Of a DNA stretch of 64,000 nucleotides, positions 9,553-20,218 are shown piece by piece. A program made the position numbers and the translations under genes. The stretch spans positions 3,144-67,143 of IMG/VR virus record IMGVR_UViG_3300035183_000720; one strand, given 5' to 3'. The notes beneath the pieces were generated by a model, which was not told the DNA's origin, did no database searches, and saw nothing but the letters and a program-made list of their open reading frames with translations. How positions within the stretch are numbered: the first letter of the stretch is position 1; each line of letters opens with the position of its first letter. The DNA is from a virus.

Positions 9553-11045
9553 CGGCTGATATTAAAGTCTATAAGTACAACGAACTTTACATTCGAATTG
9601 ATTCTGAGCGTAGCATACTTTACGAGATTCAGGATCATTTTAGTTTCTTAGCAAGGAACTACAAATTCATGCCGCAATATAAACATGGAGGTTGGGATGG
9701 TAAAGTTCGTCTCTTCAATGTTGCCACGAGGCTACTCCCTTCAGGATTGCTCGTTGATTTAGTAAAATTTTGCGAGAAATACAACTATTCAATTGAGCTT
9801 GTAGATAAGAAGAAATTCAAGCCTGTTGATTTTAAAGAAGATATTGAAGAATTTCTGAAAGATTTGCCCACCATTACAAAAATGTCAGTGGAAGGCGAAT
9901 ATCAGTATCAGTTGGATGCTTTTTTGAAATGTCTCAAGTACAATAAAGCACTCGTATTATCTCCTACTGGTTCTGGTAAGAGCCACATCATATATCTCAT
10001 TACTCGTTTCTTACACAGATATACTGACGAATCGATTCTCATCTGTGTTCCTACCGTATCATTAGTCGAGCAGATGGTGAGTGATTTTGCCAGCTACGCG
10101 AATGACGGTTTCAATGCTAAATTTGAATGTCATAAGATTTATAGTGGCAAAGCTAGAAAATCTGACAAGAGAATTGTCGTAACTACTTGGCAAAGCATCT
10201 ATAAACTACCGAAAGAATGGTTCAGTAATTTTGGTAGTTTTATTTGTGATGAAGCCCACCAAGCCGACAGTAACAGTATCACTAAAATCATTCGTAATCT
10301 TCCTCATGCGCCCTTTAGGTTTGGATTTACAGGGACGTTAGATGGGAGTAGAACTCATGAAATGTGTTTGCGGGGAATGTTCGGTCCTATCTTGAAAACG
10401 ACAACAACGAAAAAACTCATGGATGAGGGTGTCTTAGCTAAATTGAGAATTGATGTTGTGGTGCTTCAGTACAGCACAGAAGAACGTAAGCACGTCCATA
10501 AAAATTGCAAAACGTATCATGATGAGATCAGCTGGTTGGTGGATCATGACAAAAGAAATAAATTTATAGTTGCTACTGCACTCTCGCAACCAAAGAACAC
10601 ATTGGTGCTTTTCAATTTCATTGAAGGACATGGTGAAAAATTATATAATCTCGCAAAGACATACGCAAAAGAACTTGGAAAAGAAGTTTTCTTCGTTCAT
10701 GGTGATGTGAAAGTCGGAGAAAGAGAGCAAATTCGTCATCTAGCCGAGAAGCAAGATAATATTATTATTTTTGCCAGTTACGGCACATTCAGTACGGGTA
10801 TTAACATCAAGAATCTTCATACCGTTATATTCGCACATCCTTTCAAAGCTCGAATTCGAAACCTACAATCTATTGGCAGATCATTACGTAAAAGTAGCGG
10901 GAAAGAAGAGGCGAAATTAATTGACATTAGTGACAATCTATCATATGGTAGTAAGCGCAATGTGACATTTGAACATCTTTTAGAAAGGCTTAAGATTTAT
11001 GCGGCTGAGCAATTCAGATATACCACCAGAGAACGAAAACTTTGA
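9549..11045 (+). CDS. uvsW: SF2 DNA helicase UvsW
   Basis: WDGKVRLF, SPTGSGKS, DEAH, LQSIGRSLR. Confidence 0.96.
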   Translation: MTADIKVYKYNELYIRIDSERSILYEIQDHFSFLARNYKFMPQYKHGGWDGKVRLFNVATRLLPSGLLVDLVKFCEKYNYSIELVDKKKFKPVDFKEDIEEFLKDLPTITKMSVEGEYQYQLDAFLKCLKYNKALVLSPTGSGKSHIIYLITRFLHRYTDESILICVPTVSLVEQMVSDFASYANDGFNAKFECHKIYSGKARKSDKRIVVTTWQSIYKLPKEWFSNFGSFICDEAHQADSNSITKIIRNLPHAPFRFGFTGTLDGSRTHEMCLRGMFGPILKTTTTKKLMDEGVLAKLRIDVVVLQYSTEERKHVHKNCKTYHDEISWLVDHDKRNKFIVATALSQPKNTLVLFNFIEGHGEKLYNLAKTYAKELGKEVFFVHGDVKVGEREQIRHLAEKQDNIIIFASYGTFSTGINIKNLHTVIFAHPFKARIRNLQSIGRSLRKSSGKEEAKLIDISDNLSYGSKRNVTFEHLLERLKIYAAEQFRYTTRERKL

Positions 11046-11046
11046 A

Positions 11047-11430
11047 ATGCCTCTGAGGCTCATTAGTCTGTCTAACGGTGCTCTTGTTTTAGGAAAAATA
11101 GCTGCAATAGAGCAAAATATAGTTCAGATGGTGTTTCCTGTTTCACTGAGAGTCGTTTATGATGGCGAAGGGGATATTGTTACTACTAGCGCTATTCCCT
11201 ATCAGATGCCATTCGCAGTACTAAGTCCTTTCAGTGTCGTTAATTTCAATCTCAGTCAGATAGTGAGTTTCGCTGAACCTGCTCCGGAATTGATTGAACA
11301 ATATAAGAGTATTATGCAAAAAGTAACAGAGAAGTTTGTGTTAACCACGATGAAAGATATGAAACAAATTTCTGATGAGACGAATAAAACAGATGATATA
11401 TGGGAGTACTACCTAAAAACAATTCATTGA
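11047..11430 (+). CDS. Hypothetical protein
   Basis: ORF filling uvsW-55 gap; ATG just after uvsW stop. Confidence 0.7.
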   Translation: MPLRLISLSNGALVLGKIAAIEQNIVQMVFPVSLRVVYDGEGDIVTTSAIPYQMPFAVLSPFSVVNFNLSQIVSFAEPAPELIEQYKSIMQKVTEKFVLTTMKDMKQISDETNKTDDIWEYYLKTIH

Positions 11431-11438
11431 GGATATCT

Positions 11439-11903
11439 ATGGCAACAAACTATGTGGATAATACGAAGTTTCTTAATTTACTGAACGAATATATTGAAGA
11501 ACGCGAGAAACGGAAGCAACAAGGTTTACCTCCCCCTAAAATTTCGAATGAAATTGGCAAGATCTTCATTGACATTGCAAAAAATTTAAGTCTTCGTTAT
11601 AATTTTAATGGATATACTTTCAGGGATGAGATGATTGGAGATGGTATCTTGAATGCAGTAGAAGCAATTGATAGTTTTGACCCTCAGAAGAGCAATAATC
11701 CTTTTGCATATTTCACGCAAATCATTTATTGGGCATTTGTTAGACGTATAGAAAAGGAAAAGAAAGAAAGAGATGTTCGCGATAATATGATGTTTGATGT
11801 TGAAATTGAGACTTACACAACTATTGAGGGTGAAAAGTTCAATTTAAATCAAGATAATCTTTACCTGTGGTATTATAACCAAAACAAGGAAAGGTTAGAA
11901 TGA
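11439..11903 (+). CDS. 55: Late sigma factor
   Basis: NYVDN..F, YTFRDEMIGDG, FDPQKSNNPFAYFTQI..AFVRRI. Confidence 0.95.
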   Translation: MATNYVDNTKFLNLLNEYIEEREKRKQQGLPPPKISNEIGKIFIDIAKNLSLRYNFNGYTFRDEMIGDGILNAVEAIDSFDPQKSNNPFAYFTQIIYWAFVRRIEKEKKERDVRDNMMFDVEIETYTTIEGEKFNLNQDNLYLWYYNQNKERLE

Positions 11904-12964
11904 AAATTGCGATGATAACGGACATTCACTTTGGTGTCCGTAATGATTCGAAGTTCTTTCATGATAATCTTTTCAAGTTCATCGAAAATACTTTCTTGCC
12001 GTACATCAAAGAAAATAATATTAAGACTTTACTCATTTTAGGTGATACGTGGGATCGTCGAAAATATATCAATTTTTATACATTTTATGATGTTCGCAAG
12101 CGATTTTTTGATAAGTTGCGCGATTTAGACGTTGAAACTAAAATAATCTACGGGAATCATGACGTTTATTTCAAGAATGTGAATGATGTGAATGGTATTG
12201 ATTTCTTAGCGCAAGCTTATCCTAATATAGAAGTAGTTGAAACATATAAAGTTTTTGATTTCGATGGATTAAAATTGGGCATGATTAGTTGGATTCATAA
12301 TGGAAATTTAGAAGAAAGTCTTGACTGGATTTCGAAAGTTGATTGTGATGTGCTTTGCGGTCATTTTGAGATCAAAAATTTTGAAATGATCAAAGGACAA
12401 TATTGTGAGCATGGTTTTGAGGCTAACATCTTCAATCGATTCGAATATGTTTTCAGTGGACATTTTCATGTTACCAGTTCAGATGGTCGAATTTTTTATC
12501 TAGGCAATCCGAATCAAACTAATTGGAGTGATTATGGCCTAAAGAAAGGTTTTCATGTTTTCGACACTCGAACGAGAGAATTAGAGTTCGTAGAGAATCC
12601 TTTCTATGTCTATAAAAAGTATCAGTACGATGAGTCAGTTGATTTGTTGACATTCAACTATGATGAATTTCAGGATAAAATTGTAAGGGTTTATGTAAAT
12701 ACATTTGACCTTTTGAATCGACGTAAATTTGATCTCTTCATCGATAAGTTATCGCAGATCGCTTTTAATGTTGATGTGCAAGAAACAGATACTACTTTGA
12801 ATGAGATTGATCCTGATGAAGCATCTGCAATTCAATATACAGATACTATGAGTTTGATCGATCAGTACATCGAAGCTATCAACTCAGAAGGTTTAGATAA
12901 GAAGAAGCTGCGTTCATATTTCCAAGAAATTTATAATGAAGCTTTGGAAAAGATGGCTGTATGA
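11900..12964 (+). CDS. 47: Recombination nuclease (Mre11-like)
   Basis: ITDIHFG, LGD..DRRK, GNHD, SGHFH. Confidence 0.95.
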   Translation: MKIAMITDIHFGVRNDSKFFHDNLFKFIENTFLPYIKENNIKTLLILGDTWDRRKYINFYTFYDVRKRFFDKLRDLDVETKIIYGNHDVYFKNVNDVNGIDFLAQAYPNIEVVETYKVFDFDGLKLGMISWIHNGNLEESLDWISKVDCDVLCGHFEIKNFEMIKGQYCEHGFEANIFNRFEYVFSGHFHVTSSDGRIFYLGNPNQTNWSDYGLKKGFHVFDTRTRELEFVENPFYVYKKYQYDESVDLLTFNYDEFQDKIVRVYVNTFDLLNRRKFDLFIDKLSQIAFNVDVQETDTTLNEIDPDEASAIQYTDTMSLIDQYIEAINSEGLDKKKLRSYFQEIYNEALEKMAV

Positions 12965-14688
12965 TTACATTCCATACTATTCGTTATAAGAATCTCTTGA
13001 GTTTCGGTAATATGATGACTGAAATTCAGCTTGATCGAAGCCCTACCACTCTCATTCAGGGTAGAAATGGTAGTGGCAAAAGTGCTCTATTGGATGGAAT
13101 CTGTTTTGCTTTATTCGGCAAGCCATTTCGAAAGATTAATCGACCTCAGTTAGTCAATTATAAAAATCGCAAAGAGCTTTTAGTTGAGATTGAATTTTCG
13201 ACTAGAGGCAGCCGTTATATGATTCGACGTGGAATGAATCCACAAGTTTTTGAGATTTACAAGGATGGAGAACTCATCAATCAGAATGCCGCTTCACGCG
13301 ATTACCAAGAATATCTTGAGAGAAATATTCTGAGTTTTGATTATTCAGCCTTCACGCAAATCGTTATTCTAGGTAAGGCGACTTATGTGAGTTTCATGCG
13401 GCTGAATGCTGATCAGCGTCGAAAGTTTATTGAAAGTATACTTGGCTTGAATATCTTCAGTGCAATGACTGAAGTTCATCGTTCAAAGTTATCGGAGCTC
13501 AAGGAGAAAATCAATGAAGTGAAGAATGCGATAACAATCACAAAAGAAAAGATTGAGCTTCGCGAAAATTATATTCATAAGTTAGAAGCAGATGCGGCCG
13601 CAAAACGTGAAGAGTTGACTACTAAAATTGAAGCTCAGATTGAAACTATTCAACGAGAAATCGCGGATATAGATAAACAAATACAAGAGATAAGCAGCCA
13701 AAAACAAGAAATCGATACTGAAAAGCAAGAGAGTTTGAAAGCTCGCATTCAGCAGCTCAATGGATTGATTGCTAAAAGTGAAATTCGACAGAAGCAATTA
13801 TTAAGTGATATTCATTTTTTTATGGGAAATGATGCTTGTCCTACTTGTGGTCAATCTATAGAAGAAGACTTTAAGAAAATTAAAATTTCTGAGCTTGAGA
13901 ATAAATCAAAAGAAATTTCAAAAGTAATTGAGGAATTAAGTAAGAAAAGCAATGAAGCGGTTTCAGCTTTAAATGAATTCAATCATGCCGTTGAAACCAA
14001 TCATAAGTTAGCCAAACAAATATCAGCGTTGGTTGCCAGTAAAGATGAAAAGTACAAACAAATTGCCTTGTTGAGATCTGAAAAAGAAAAGGAATGTGAT
14101 AATGATATGGAGAAAGTAGAAGCCGAAAGAAAGAAATTGGATGATCTTCGTGACTCTTACAATAAATTATTAGACAAGAAATCAGAATTGCTTGAACGCC
14201 TTGAGTATTTTGAATTGATTTCAAGTATGTTGAAGGATACTGGCATCAAGCGCATGGTGATTCGAAAGTACATTCCTTACATTAATAATATCACTAACGC
14301 GTACTTGAAAAATCTTGGTTTCTTTGTTAAATTTACACTGGATGAAAACTTTGATGAGAAGATTTTAGCTAGAGGCATCGATGAACTGAGTTACAATAAT
14401 TTCAGTGAAGGTGAGAAGTTGAGAATTGATCTTGCTATCTTACTGACCTGGCGAGAAGTTGCTAAGATGAGAAATAATATGAGTACTAATTTACTCATTT
14501 TCGATGAAATTTTTGATAGTTCGATGGATCAAGCAGGCGTGGATGCTTTTGTTGAATTGTTAGGGAAGATGAAGAACACGAATGTTTTTGTCATCAGCCA
14601 TACGCCTGACAAGCTAGCAGATAAGTTCCATAGCAGCATCAGCTTCAGTAAAGAAAATGGGTTCAGTAAGATGACAAATTTTGCTTGA
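12961..14688 (+). CDS. 46: Recombination ATPase (Rad50-like)
   Basis: GRNGSGKS, CPTC zinc hook, FSEGEK, IFDEIFDSS. Confidence 0.96.
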   Translation: MITFHTIRYKNLLSFGNMMTEIQLDRSPTTLIQGRNGSGKSALLDGICFALFGKPFRKINRPQLVNYKNRKELLVEIEFSTRGSRYMIRRGMNPQVFEIYKDGELINQNAASRDYQEYLERNILSFDYSAFTQIVILGKATYVSFMRLNADQRRKFIESILGLNIFSAMTEVHRSKLSELKEKINEVKNAITITKEKIELRENYIHKLEADAAAKREELTTKIEAQIETIQREIADIDKQIQEISSQKQEIDTEKQESLKARIQQLNGLIAKSEIRQKQLLSDIHFFMGNDACPTCGQSIEEDFKKIKISELENKSKEISKVIEELSKKSNEAVSALNEFNHAVETNHKLAKQISALVASKDEKYKQIALLRSEKEKECDNDMEKVEAERKKLDDLRDSYNKLLDKKSELLERLEYFELISSMLKDTGIKRMVIRKYIPYINNITNAYLKNLGFFVKFTLDENFDEKILARGIDELSYNNFSEGEKLRIDLAILLTWREVAKMRNNMSTNLLIFDEIFDSSMDQAGVDAFVELLGKMKNTNVFVISHTPDKLADKFHSSISFSKENGFSKMTNFA

Positions 14689-14713
14689 CATTTGAGAGTC
14701 TTTGTGGTATAAT
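14685..14713 (+). promoter_or_regulatory. Sigma70 promoter
   Basis: TTGACA-17-TATAAT with extended -10 TG. Confidence 0.85.
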
Positions 14714-14752
14714 TGTTTTTCCTGGTGGTAATAATTTGGATGGAGGATTCAA

Positions 14753-15406
14753 ATGAAATTATCTAAGCAAACTGTTGAAGTATTGAAGAATTTTAATGGC
14801 ATCAACCAAGGTCTTCTTTTCCGTAAAGGTAATGTGATCAGAACTATGAGCGTCATGAAGAACATTTTTGCCACTGCCGTTGTTGCGGATGAATTTCCAA
14901 GGGATTTTGCGATTTATGATTTGAGCGAATTTTTATCGACAGTAAGTCTTTTTAATGATCCTGAGCTTCAGTTCAAGGATGAATATTTCGTCATTTCTGA
15001 AGGTAATATGAGGGTTAAATATTTCTACAGCAACTCAAGTGTAATTGTAAGCCCTCCTGATAAAAATATTGCTATGCCAACGCCTGATGCGACTTTTACG
15101 ATAACTAAGTCGCAGTTAGAGCAGATCTTGAGAGCAGCTGCGGTGATGAAGTTGAAGGATTTTGCAGTGACTCAGGAAGGATTGAAAGTTTTTAATCGCA
15201 GTGGTGTTGGAAATGAATATACGATTGAGATGCAAGTTGAATCTGATGATGTTGTTTTTGAATATATACTAAAAGTTGAGAATCTCAAGTTGATTCCAAC
15301 TGATTATGAGGTTGCGATGACGAAGAAAGGTATTGCACAATTCAAAGCAGAAGCCACTAAAGAAACTCCCAGCCTCGAATATTTTGTTGCACTTGAATCT
15401 GAATAA
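14753..15406 (+). CDS. 45: Sliding clamp
   Basis: MKLSKQTVEVLKNF..IN, FAIYDLSEFL; synteny. Confidence 0.95.
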   Translation: MKLSKQTVEVLKNFNGINQGLLFRKGNVIRTMSVMKNIFATAVVADEFPRDFAIYDLSEFLSTVSLFNDPELQFKDEYFVISEGNMRVKYFYSNSSVIVSPPDKNIAMPTPDATFTITKSQLEQILRAAAVMKLKDFAVTQEGLKVFNRSGVGNEYTIEMQVESDDVVFEYILKVENLKLIPTDYEVAMTKKGIAQFKAEATKETPSLEYFVALESE

Positions 15407-15423
15407 CTGATTGAGGTAATACT

Positions 15424-16371
15424 ATGTCTGAACGTGAAGAGTTTTTATGGGTCGAAAAGTATCGCCCTCAAAAAATCGCTGATTGTATCTTACCTGATCG
15501 TTTGAAGGATTATTTCATTAGTATGGTCGAAAAAGGTGAGCTACAAAATATGCTCTTGGTCGGAGGACCAGGGACAGGTAAAACTACCGTCGCAAGAGCG
15601 CTTTGTAATGAGTTAGGTCTGGATTATTTGATGATCAATGCCTCTGAGAATGGTAATATTGATACATTACGTACAACTATTCGTAGTTTTGCTTCAACTA
15701 TGTCATTTACGAGTAGTTATAAGGTGGTAATTCTTGATGAGGCAGATTATCTGAATCCTAATTCAACGCAACCTGCACTTCGAAACTTCATTGAGGAATT
15801 TAGCAAAAATTGTCGTTTTATTATGACGGCAAATTATGCTAATCGAATTATCGATCCTTTGAAGAGTAGATGTGCGGTGGTTGATTTTCATTTTTCCAAG
15901 GAAGAGAAACAAGAGATGGTCATTGCTTTTGATCGTCGTGTCAAAGAAATTCTCGCCAAGGAAGGCGTTGAATTTGATAAGAAAGTACTTGCGCAAATAC
16001 TCGTTAAGTACTTCCCAGACTTTCGAAAGATTCTGAATGAACTTCAGCGTCATTCATCTGGTGGAGTACTTAAGAATACGGTTCTTACTAGCTTAAGTGA
16101 TGATAATATTCGAAAGCTTTATGGTTATCTTCGTGATACTAGTAAGTGGCCAGAAATGCGTAAGTGGGTGGCTGATAATTTAGATAATGATTTTAATCTT
16201 ATTTGTCGAGCTCTTTATGAGAAAGCTGATGAGTATGTGAAACCAGGTAGTATTCCTCAACTGGTTTTGACTCTAGCCCAGTATGATTACAAGAACAGCT
16301 TCGTGATGGATAAGGAAATCAATTTAGTGGCAATGTTAACTGAAATCATGGCACAGGTGGAATTCAAATGA
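15424..16371 (+). CDS. 44: Clamp loader large subunit
   Basis: LWVEKYRP, GPGTGKTT, ILDEADYL, LKSRC. Confidence 0.96.
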   Translation: MSEREEFLWVEKYRPQKIADCILPDRLKDYFISMVEKGELQNMLLVGGPGTGKTTVARALCNELGLDYLMINASENGNIDTLRTTIRSFASTMSFTSSYKVVILDEADYLNPNSTQPALRNFIEEFSKNCRFIMTANYANRIIDPLKSRCAVVDFHFSKEEKQEMVIAFDRRVKEILAKEGVEFDKKVLAQILVKYFPDFRKILNELQRHSSGGVLKNTVLTSLSDDNIRKLYGYLRDTSKWPEMRKWVADNLDNDFNLICRALYEKADEYVKPGSIPQLVLTLAQYDYKNSFVMDKEINLVAMLTEIMAQVEFK

Positions 16372-16754
16372 GTGAAAAATTAGGTTTGTTTGATATCATC
16401 AACAATATATACGAGAAGAAAGGAGGATTTCTTTCTTCGGATGAGCTGAAAAGTTATCAACCGTATATGGTGAATCGAGCTCTTAGTCAGCACAGGGATT
16501 TGGTTTTTTTGGCTAACGAGCTAAATAGCTTGTATAATATTGATAAAGACATGCATTATGCGTTTTTGTACTATGGCGTACCGAAAAAACGACGTTATGG
16601 TAAATGGGCTAAAAATGAGGATGACAAGGATAAGATTGCTGTGATTCAAGAGTATTGTAGGTATTCTTACCGCCGAGCTAAAGAGGTTTTGCCGATGTTG
16701 GTTGATAAAATCTCTGAACTTGAACAAAAACTAAAAAAAGGTGGAAAAAAATGA
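16368..16754 (+). CDS. 62: Clamp loader small subunit
   Basis: YQPYMVNRALS, KKRRYGKW; synteny. Confidence 0.9.
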   Translation: MSEKLGLFDIINNIYEKKGGFLSSDELKSYQPYMVNRALSQHRDLVFLANELNSLYNIDKDMHYAFLYYGVPKKRRYGKWAKNEDDKDKIAVIQEYCRYSYRRAKEVLPMLVDKISELEQKLKKGGKK

Positions 16755-17173
16755 GTGACAAAGAAAATCTTTTAGATACTTTTATTGAAATCGAACCTGT
16801 TGATAACAACGAGTTTTTGAAAATTAAGGAAACTTTGACACGCATTGGGGTTGCGAGTAGGAAATCTGGCAAGGAAAAACCTACTCTTTGGCAAAGTTGC
16901 CACATCTTGCATAAAAAGGGCAGATACTACATTGTTCATTTCAAGCAACTTTTTCTGCTGGATGGGCGCGATGATAGGACTGAACTTACACAGCAGGATT
17001 TAGATCGTACTGCTTTGATTGCGAGTATGTTGGAGCAATGGGGTTTGGTTAGATTGAAAAAGGAATTGCCTGAATTCGATCGAACTGTCAAAACGGTAGT
17101 GATTCCTTACAAGGAAAAAGAAAATTGGAATTTGCAAGCAAAGTATAATATTGGTAAGAAGGTGAGAAAATGA
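16751..17173 (+). CDS. regA: Translational repressor RegA
   Basis: FLKIKETLTRIGVAS, LWQSCHILHKKGRYYIVHFKQLF. Confidence 0.97.
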   Translation: MSDKENLLDTFIEIEPVDNNEFLKIKETLTRIGVASRKSGKEKPTLWQSCHILHKKGRYYIVHFKQLFLLDGRDDRTELTQQDLDRTALIASMLEQWGLVRLKKELPEFDRTVKTVVIPYKEKENWNLQAKYNIGKKVRK

Positions 17174-17898
17174 CTACTCAAAAACGTCGTAGCTCGAAGA
17201 AAGCTGAATCAATTGATCTTGGTGTGATTGAAATGCTTCCAGTTGATACGGACGAAGAAGAGTTATCTGATGAAACGATTGTGGTGGACGAAACGAAATT
17301 GAATGTCACTATGACAGCAAATCTTTCAAATGCGGTGCAAACAGTCTTATCGAATGAAATTATCACCAGACCGCGAATCTCCGTCGGCATATATAAATTA
17401 TCTGACACGGCGAGAACGCCGACTTATGCTACTTCTGGAAGTGCTTGTTTTGACTTGTACGCTGACTTTTCTGGGGTTAGCATTGTTAGAGTTCACACTC
17501 CTTCTAATTTCGAAACAGAACGTTTCGTGCAGGGTTTCCCTGAGTATGGTGGCGTCCAAGGTGTGGTGATTGATTCAGGGGAAAGAGCACTCATTCCTAC
17601 GAATTTGATTTTTGATATTCCTGAAGGATGGAAGATGTTGATATATGCTAGGAGTGGGAATGCTTTGAAATTTGGCATGTCGTTAGCGAATAGTGTGGGT
17701 GTGGTTGATCATGATTATATTAATCCGACGTATATTATTGTTTCTAATCAGAGCAAAGAGCGTCTTGTTATTAAACAAGGCGATCGTATAGCTCAAGCTG
17801 AATTAGTTCCCATTCATCAAGTCGTCTTCAATTCTTTGGCTGAGGCCCCCAGCCAAAAGACTGAACGTGATGGCGGATTTGGTTCAACTGGTCAATGA
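17170..17898 (+). CDS. dut: dUTPase with N-terminal extension
   Basis: GSACFDL, ARSG, GVVDHDY, GDRIAQ, RDGGFGSTG. Confidence 0.92.
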   Translation: MTTQKRRSSKKAESIDLGVIEMLPVDTDEEELSDETIVVDETKLNVTMTANLSNAVQTVLSNEIITRPRISVGIYKLSDTARTPTYATSGSACFDLYADFSGVSIVRVHTPSNFETERFVQGFPEYGGVQGVVIDSGERALIPTNLIFDIPEGWKMLIYARSGNALKFGMSLANSVGVVDHDYINPTYIIVSNQSKERLVIKQGDRIAQAELVPIHQVVFNSLAEAPSQKTERDGGFGSTGQ

Positions 17899-17907
17899 GG
17901 TAATTAC

Positions 17908-18231
17908 ATGGAGATTAAAGCAGTTTTCTTAAATACGGGTCTTGTGATGGGTGTTTTTGAAGAAGTCATTGAAGGTTACTACAAGATCAATAAACCTGCG
18001 CTTGTCCTAGCCACGCGCGATAATGTTACCCTTGTACCTTTCCTGAATATGATGGAAGAGCAATCAATCACAATTGAATCGAGTGATTGTTTGTATGGCC
18101 AAGTATTCACGCCTATCACTGAGCTTCGAAACTACTATAATCAAGTTTTCGGTTCTAATGTCATAGACGCCATGGACGAAGATGTCATGGATGATGATGA
18201 AGATGATGAGAGCGAAGTCGAGAGCGCGTAA
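17908..18231 (+). CDS. Hypothetical protein
   Basis: GAGG RBS; acidic tail. Confidence 0.7.
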   Translation: MEIKAVFLNTGLVMGVFEEVIEGYYKINKPALVLATRDNVTLVPFLNMMEEQSITIESSDCLYGQVFTPITELRNYYNQVFGSNVIDAMDEDVMDDDEDDESEVESA

Positions 18232-18254
18232 TCCTAAACGGAGTTAGACGATAA

Positions 18255-18281
18255 AGAAGCGGGGAACAGAACCCCGCTTCT
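18255..18281. terminator. Hairpin terminator between convergent genes
   Basis: AGAAGCGGGG-7-CCCCGCTTCT. Confidence 0.75.
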
Positions 18282-18733
18282 CATTCATCAGGATTATCAA
18301 TTTTCGAAGCACGAAAACGTTTTCTTCTTTTTGGTGCTATTTCTTCGCAATCTTCATCAGCATATTCTTCAGTTACATAAGTTGGTTGTTTTTTTGTTTG
18401 GAATGCGTTATATTTGTGCTTTATCCATTTATTAGCGACAGCATTGCTGGCAACAACGCCAAGATATATCAGCCAGATCATTTCAAAAGAATCTGGAGTA
18501 GTAGTACTGAATAAATTCAAGCTGAGAAAGGCAAGTGTCGCGGCAAAATATGCCACGTTGCTCCAGAATTTAGTATGACTTAGATGACTAGATGCTTCAT
18601 CTCTAAAAAGTTCAGTCATATCTATTTTTTTGCCCAATTTGAGCATTACTATGAATAAAGTTATGAGAAACAGTGATAAGAAAGCGAAGCTTACTATTTT
18701 GAATGAATCCGTTAGAAGATGGCTAAAGTCCAT
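18281..18733 (-). CDS. Membrane protein, possible holin
   Basis: Three hydrophobic segments, SHTKFWSNVA motif, charged C-terminal tail. Confidence 0.5.
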   Translation of the reverse strand: MDFSHLLTDSFKIVSFAFLSLFLITLFIVMLKLGKKIDMTELFRDEASSHLSHTKFWSNVAYFAATLAFLSLNLFSTTTPDSFEMIWLIYLGVVASNAVANKWIKHKYNAFQTKKQPTYVTEEYADEDCEEIAPKRRKRFRASKIDNPDE

Positions 18734-18745
18734 GAGGGTTTACCG

Positions 18746-20218
18746 ATGAAAGAATTTTACATGTTCGCGGATGAACAAGGATCTCGTATTTTTCATCGTT
18801 ATTGGGACGGTCAAGAAAGAAAAATGGAAGTTATTGATGGTTTTCCAATTGAGCTATTTATCGAAGGTGGGCGTAAAGATGCTCGGGGCTTGAGAGGCGA
18901 AAATCTTAGTCGGGTTGAATTTACTAAGATCGATGATGCACAGGAATTCATCAGAGAGTATAAGGATATCACACCAATTCATGGTCTGACGAGTCTGGTG
19001 CATCAGTTTTTGGCTTATCGATATCCTGAGGAAATTGAATTTGATATTTCGAAGTTTGTAATAGCCAATATCGACATAGAAACTAGATTCGACAATGGAT
19101 TTCCTTCTCCTGATCGGGCTGATCAAGAAATAATTTCAATTACATTGAAATGTTTCAATGATAACAAATTTGTGAGTTGGGGCATTAAACCTTATAAAGT
19201 AAAAAATGAGAATGATGAATATGTCTTATGTGAAGATGAAAAGGATTTGCTGATCAAATTTGTGAATTATTGGAGTCGCTTAAAACCAGATATCGTCACA
19301 GGTTGGAATATTCAAGGATTTGATATTCCTTATCTCATCAATCGCATCACTAATGTTCTAGGTGAAAAAGTTGCGGCTAAATTATCGCCTTTCAATGCCT
19401 ATACTTCTAAAGTTTTTAGTGATTTTGAAATTCAAGGCGGACAAAAGAGCTATCGCATCTTAGGCGTGACTGTATTTGATTATATTGAGTTGTACAAGAA
19501 GTTTAGTTACAAGAAACTTGAACGTTATTCTCTTGATTTTGTCTCGCATGTTGAATTAGGGGAACGAAAAGTTGATTATTCTGAGTATGGGAACCTGATG
19601 AATCTTTATAACACTAACTATGAATTGTTTATGGATTATAATATCCATGACGTACAATTAGTTGAAAATCTTGATAAGAAACTGAACTTCATGTTCTTGG
19701 CGCTCACGTTGGCATTCATGGGGCGTGTGAGAATGAATGAAATTTTCTCACAGGTTCGATTCTGGGATATGTTGGTGTGTAACAAACTTCGTCAAGAAGG
19801 AATTCAGGTCCCTCCGCATATCCGAAGAAAGGGTTCGGGGGATATTGAAGGTGCTTATGTAAAAGACCCTGTGCCTGGTTTATACAAATGGGTGGTAAGT
19901 CTCGACTTGACTTCTCTGTACCCATCTATTATGATGCAATACAACTTATCTACAGAGACAGTCGTCGATCCCGCTACTGGTAATTTGGTTGATAAGTTGC
20001 TTGATATGTCTTATGATACAGGTTTTTTAAAAGAAAGAGACCTAACTATGACAGCCAATGGCGCGACTTTTACACGCAAATTCAAGGGTGTGATGCCTCG
20101 TTTAGTTGAAGCAATGTTCAATGACCGCAAGAAGTACAAGAATATGATGCTTGATGTCAAGCGTGAAATAGAAGCCATCAAAGTTGAGATGGACAAACGA
20201 GGCTTGAAATATGAATGA
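18746..20218 (+). CDS. 43: DNA polymerase B, N-terminal subunit (split gp43A)
   Basis: Exo DIET, TGWNIQGFD, YNIHDV; motif A SLDLTSLYPSI; ends in fingers helix. Confidence 0.93.
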   Translation: MKEFYMFADEQGSRIFHRYWDGQERKMEVIDGFPIELFIEGGRKDARGLRGENLSRVEFTKIDDAQEFIREYKDITPIHGLTSLVHQFLAYRYPEEIEFDISKFVIANIDIETRFDNGFPSPDRADQEIISITLKCFNDNKFVSWGIKPYKVKNENDEYVLCEDEKDLLIKFVNYWSRLKPDIVTGWNIQGFDIPYLINRITNVLGEKVAAKLSPFNAYTSKVFSDFEIQGGQKSYRILGVTVFDYIELYKKFSYKKLERYSLDFVSHVELGERKVDYSEYGNLMNLYNTNYELFMDYNIHDVQLVENLDKKLNFMFLALTLAFMGRVRMNEIFSQVRFWDMLVCNKLRQEGIQVPPHIRRKGSGDIEGAYVKDPVPGLYKWVVSLDLTSLYPSIMMQYNLSTETVVDPATGNLVDKLLDMSYDTGFLKERDLTMTANGATFTRKFKGVMPRLVEAMFNDRKKYKNMMLDVKREIEAIKVEMDKRGLKYE

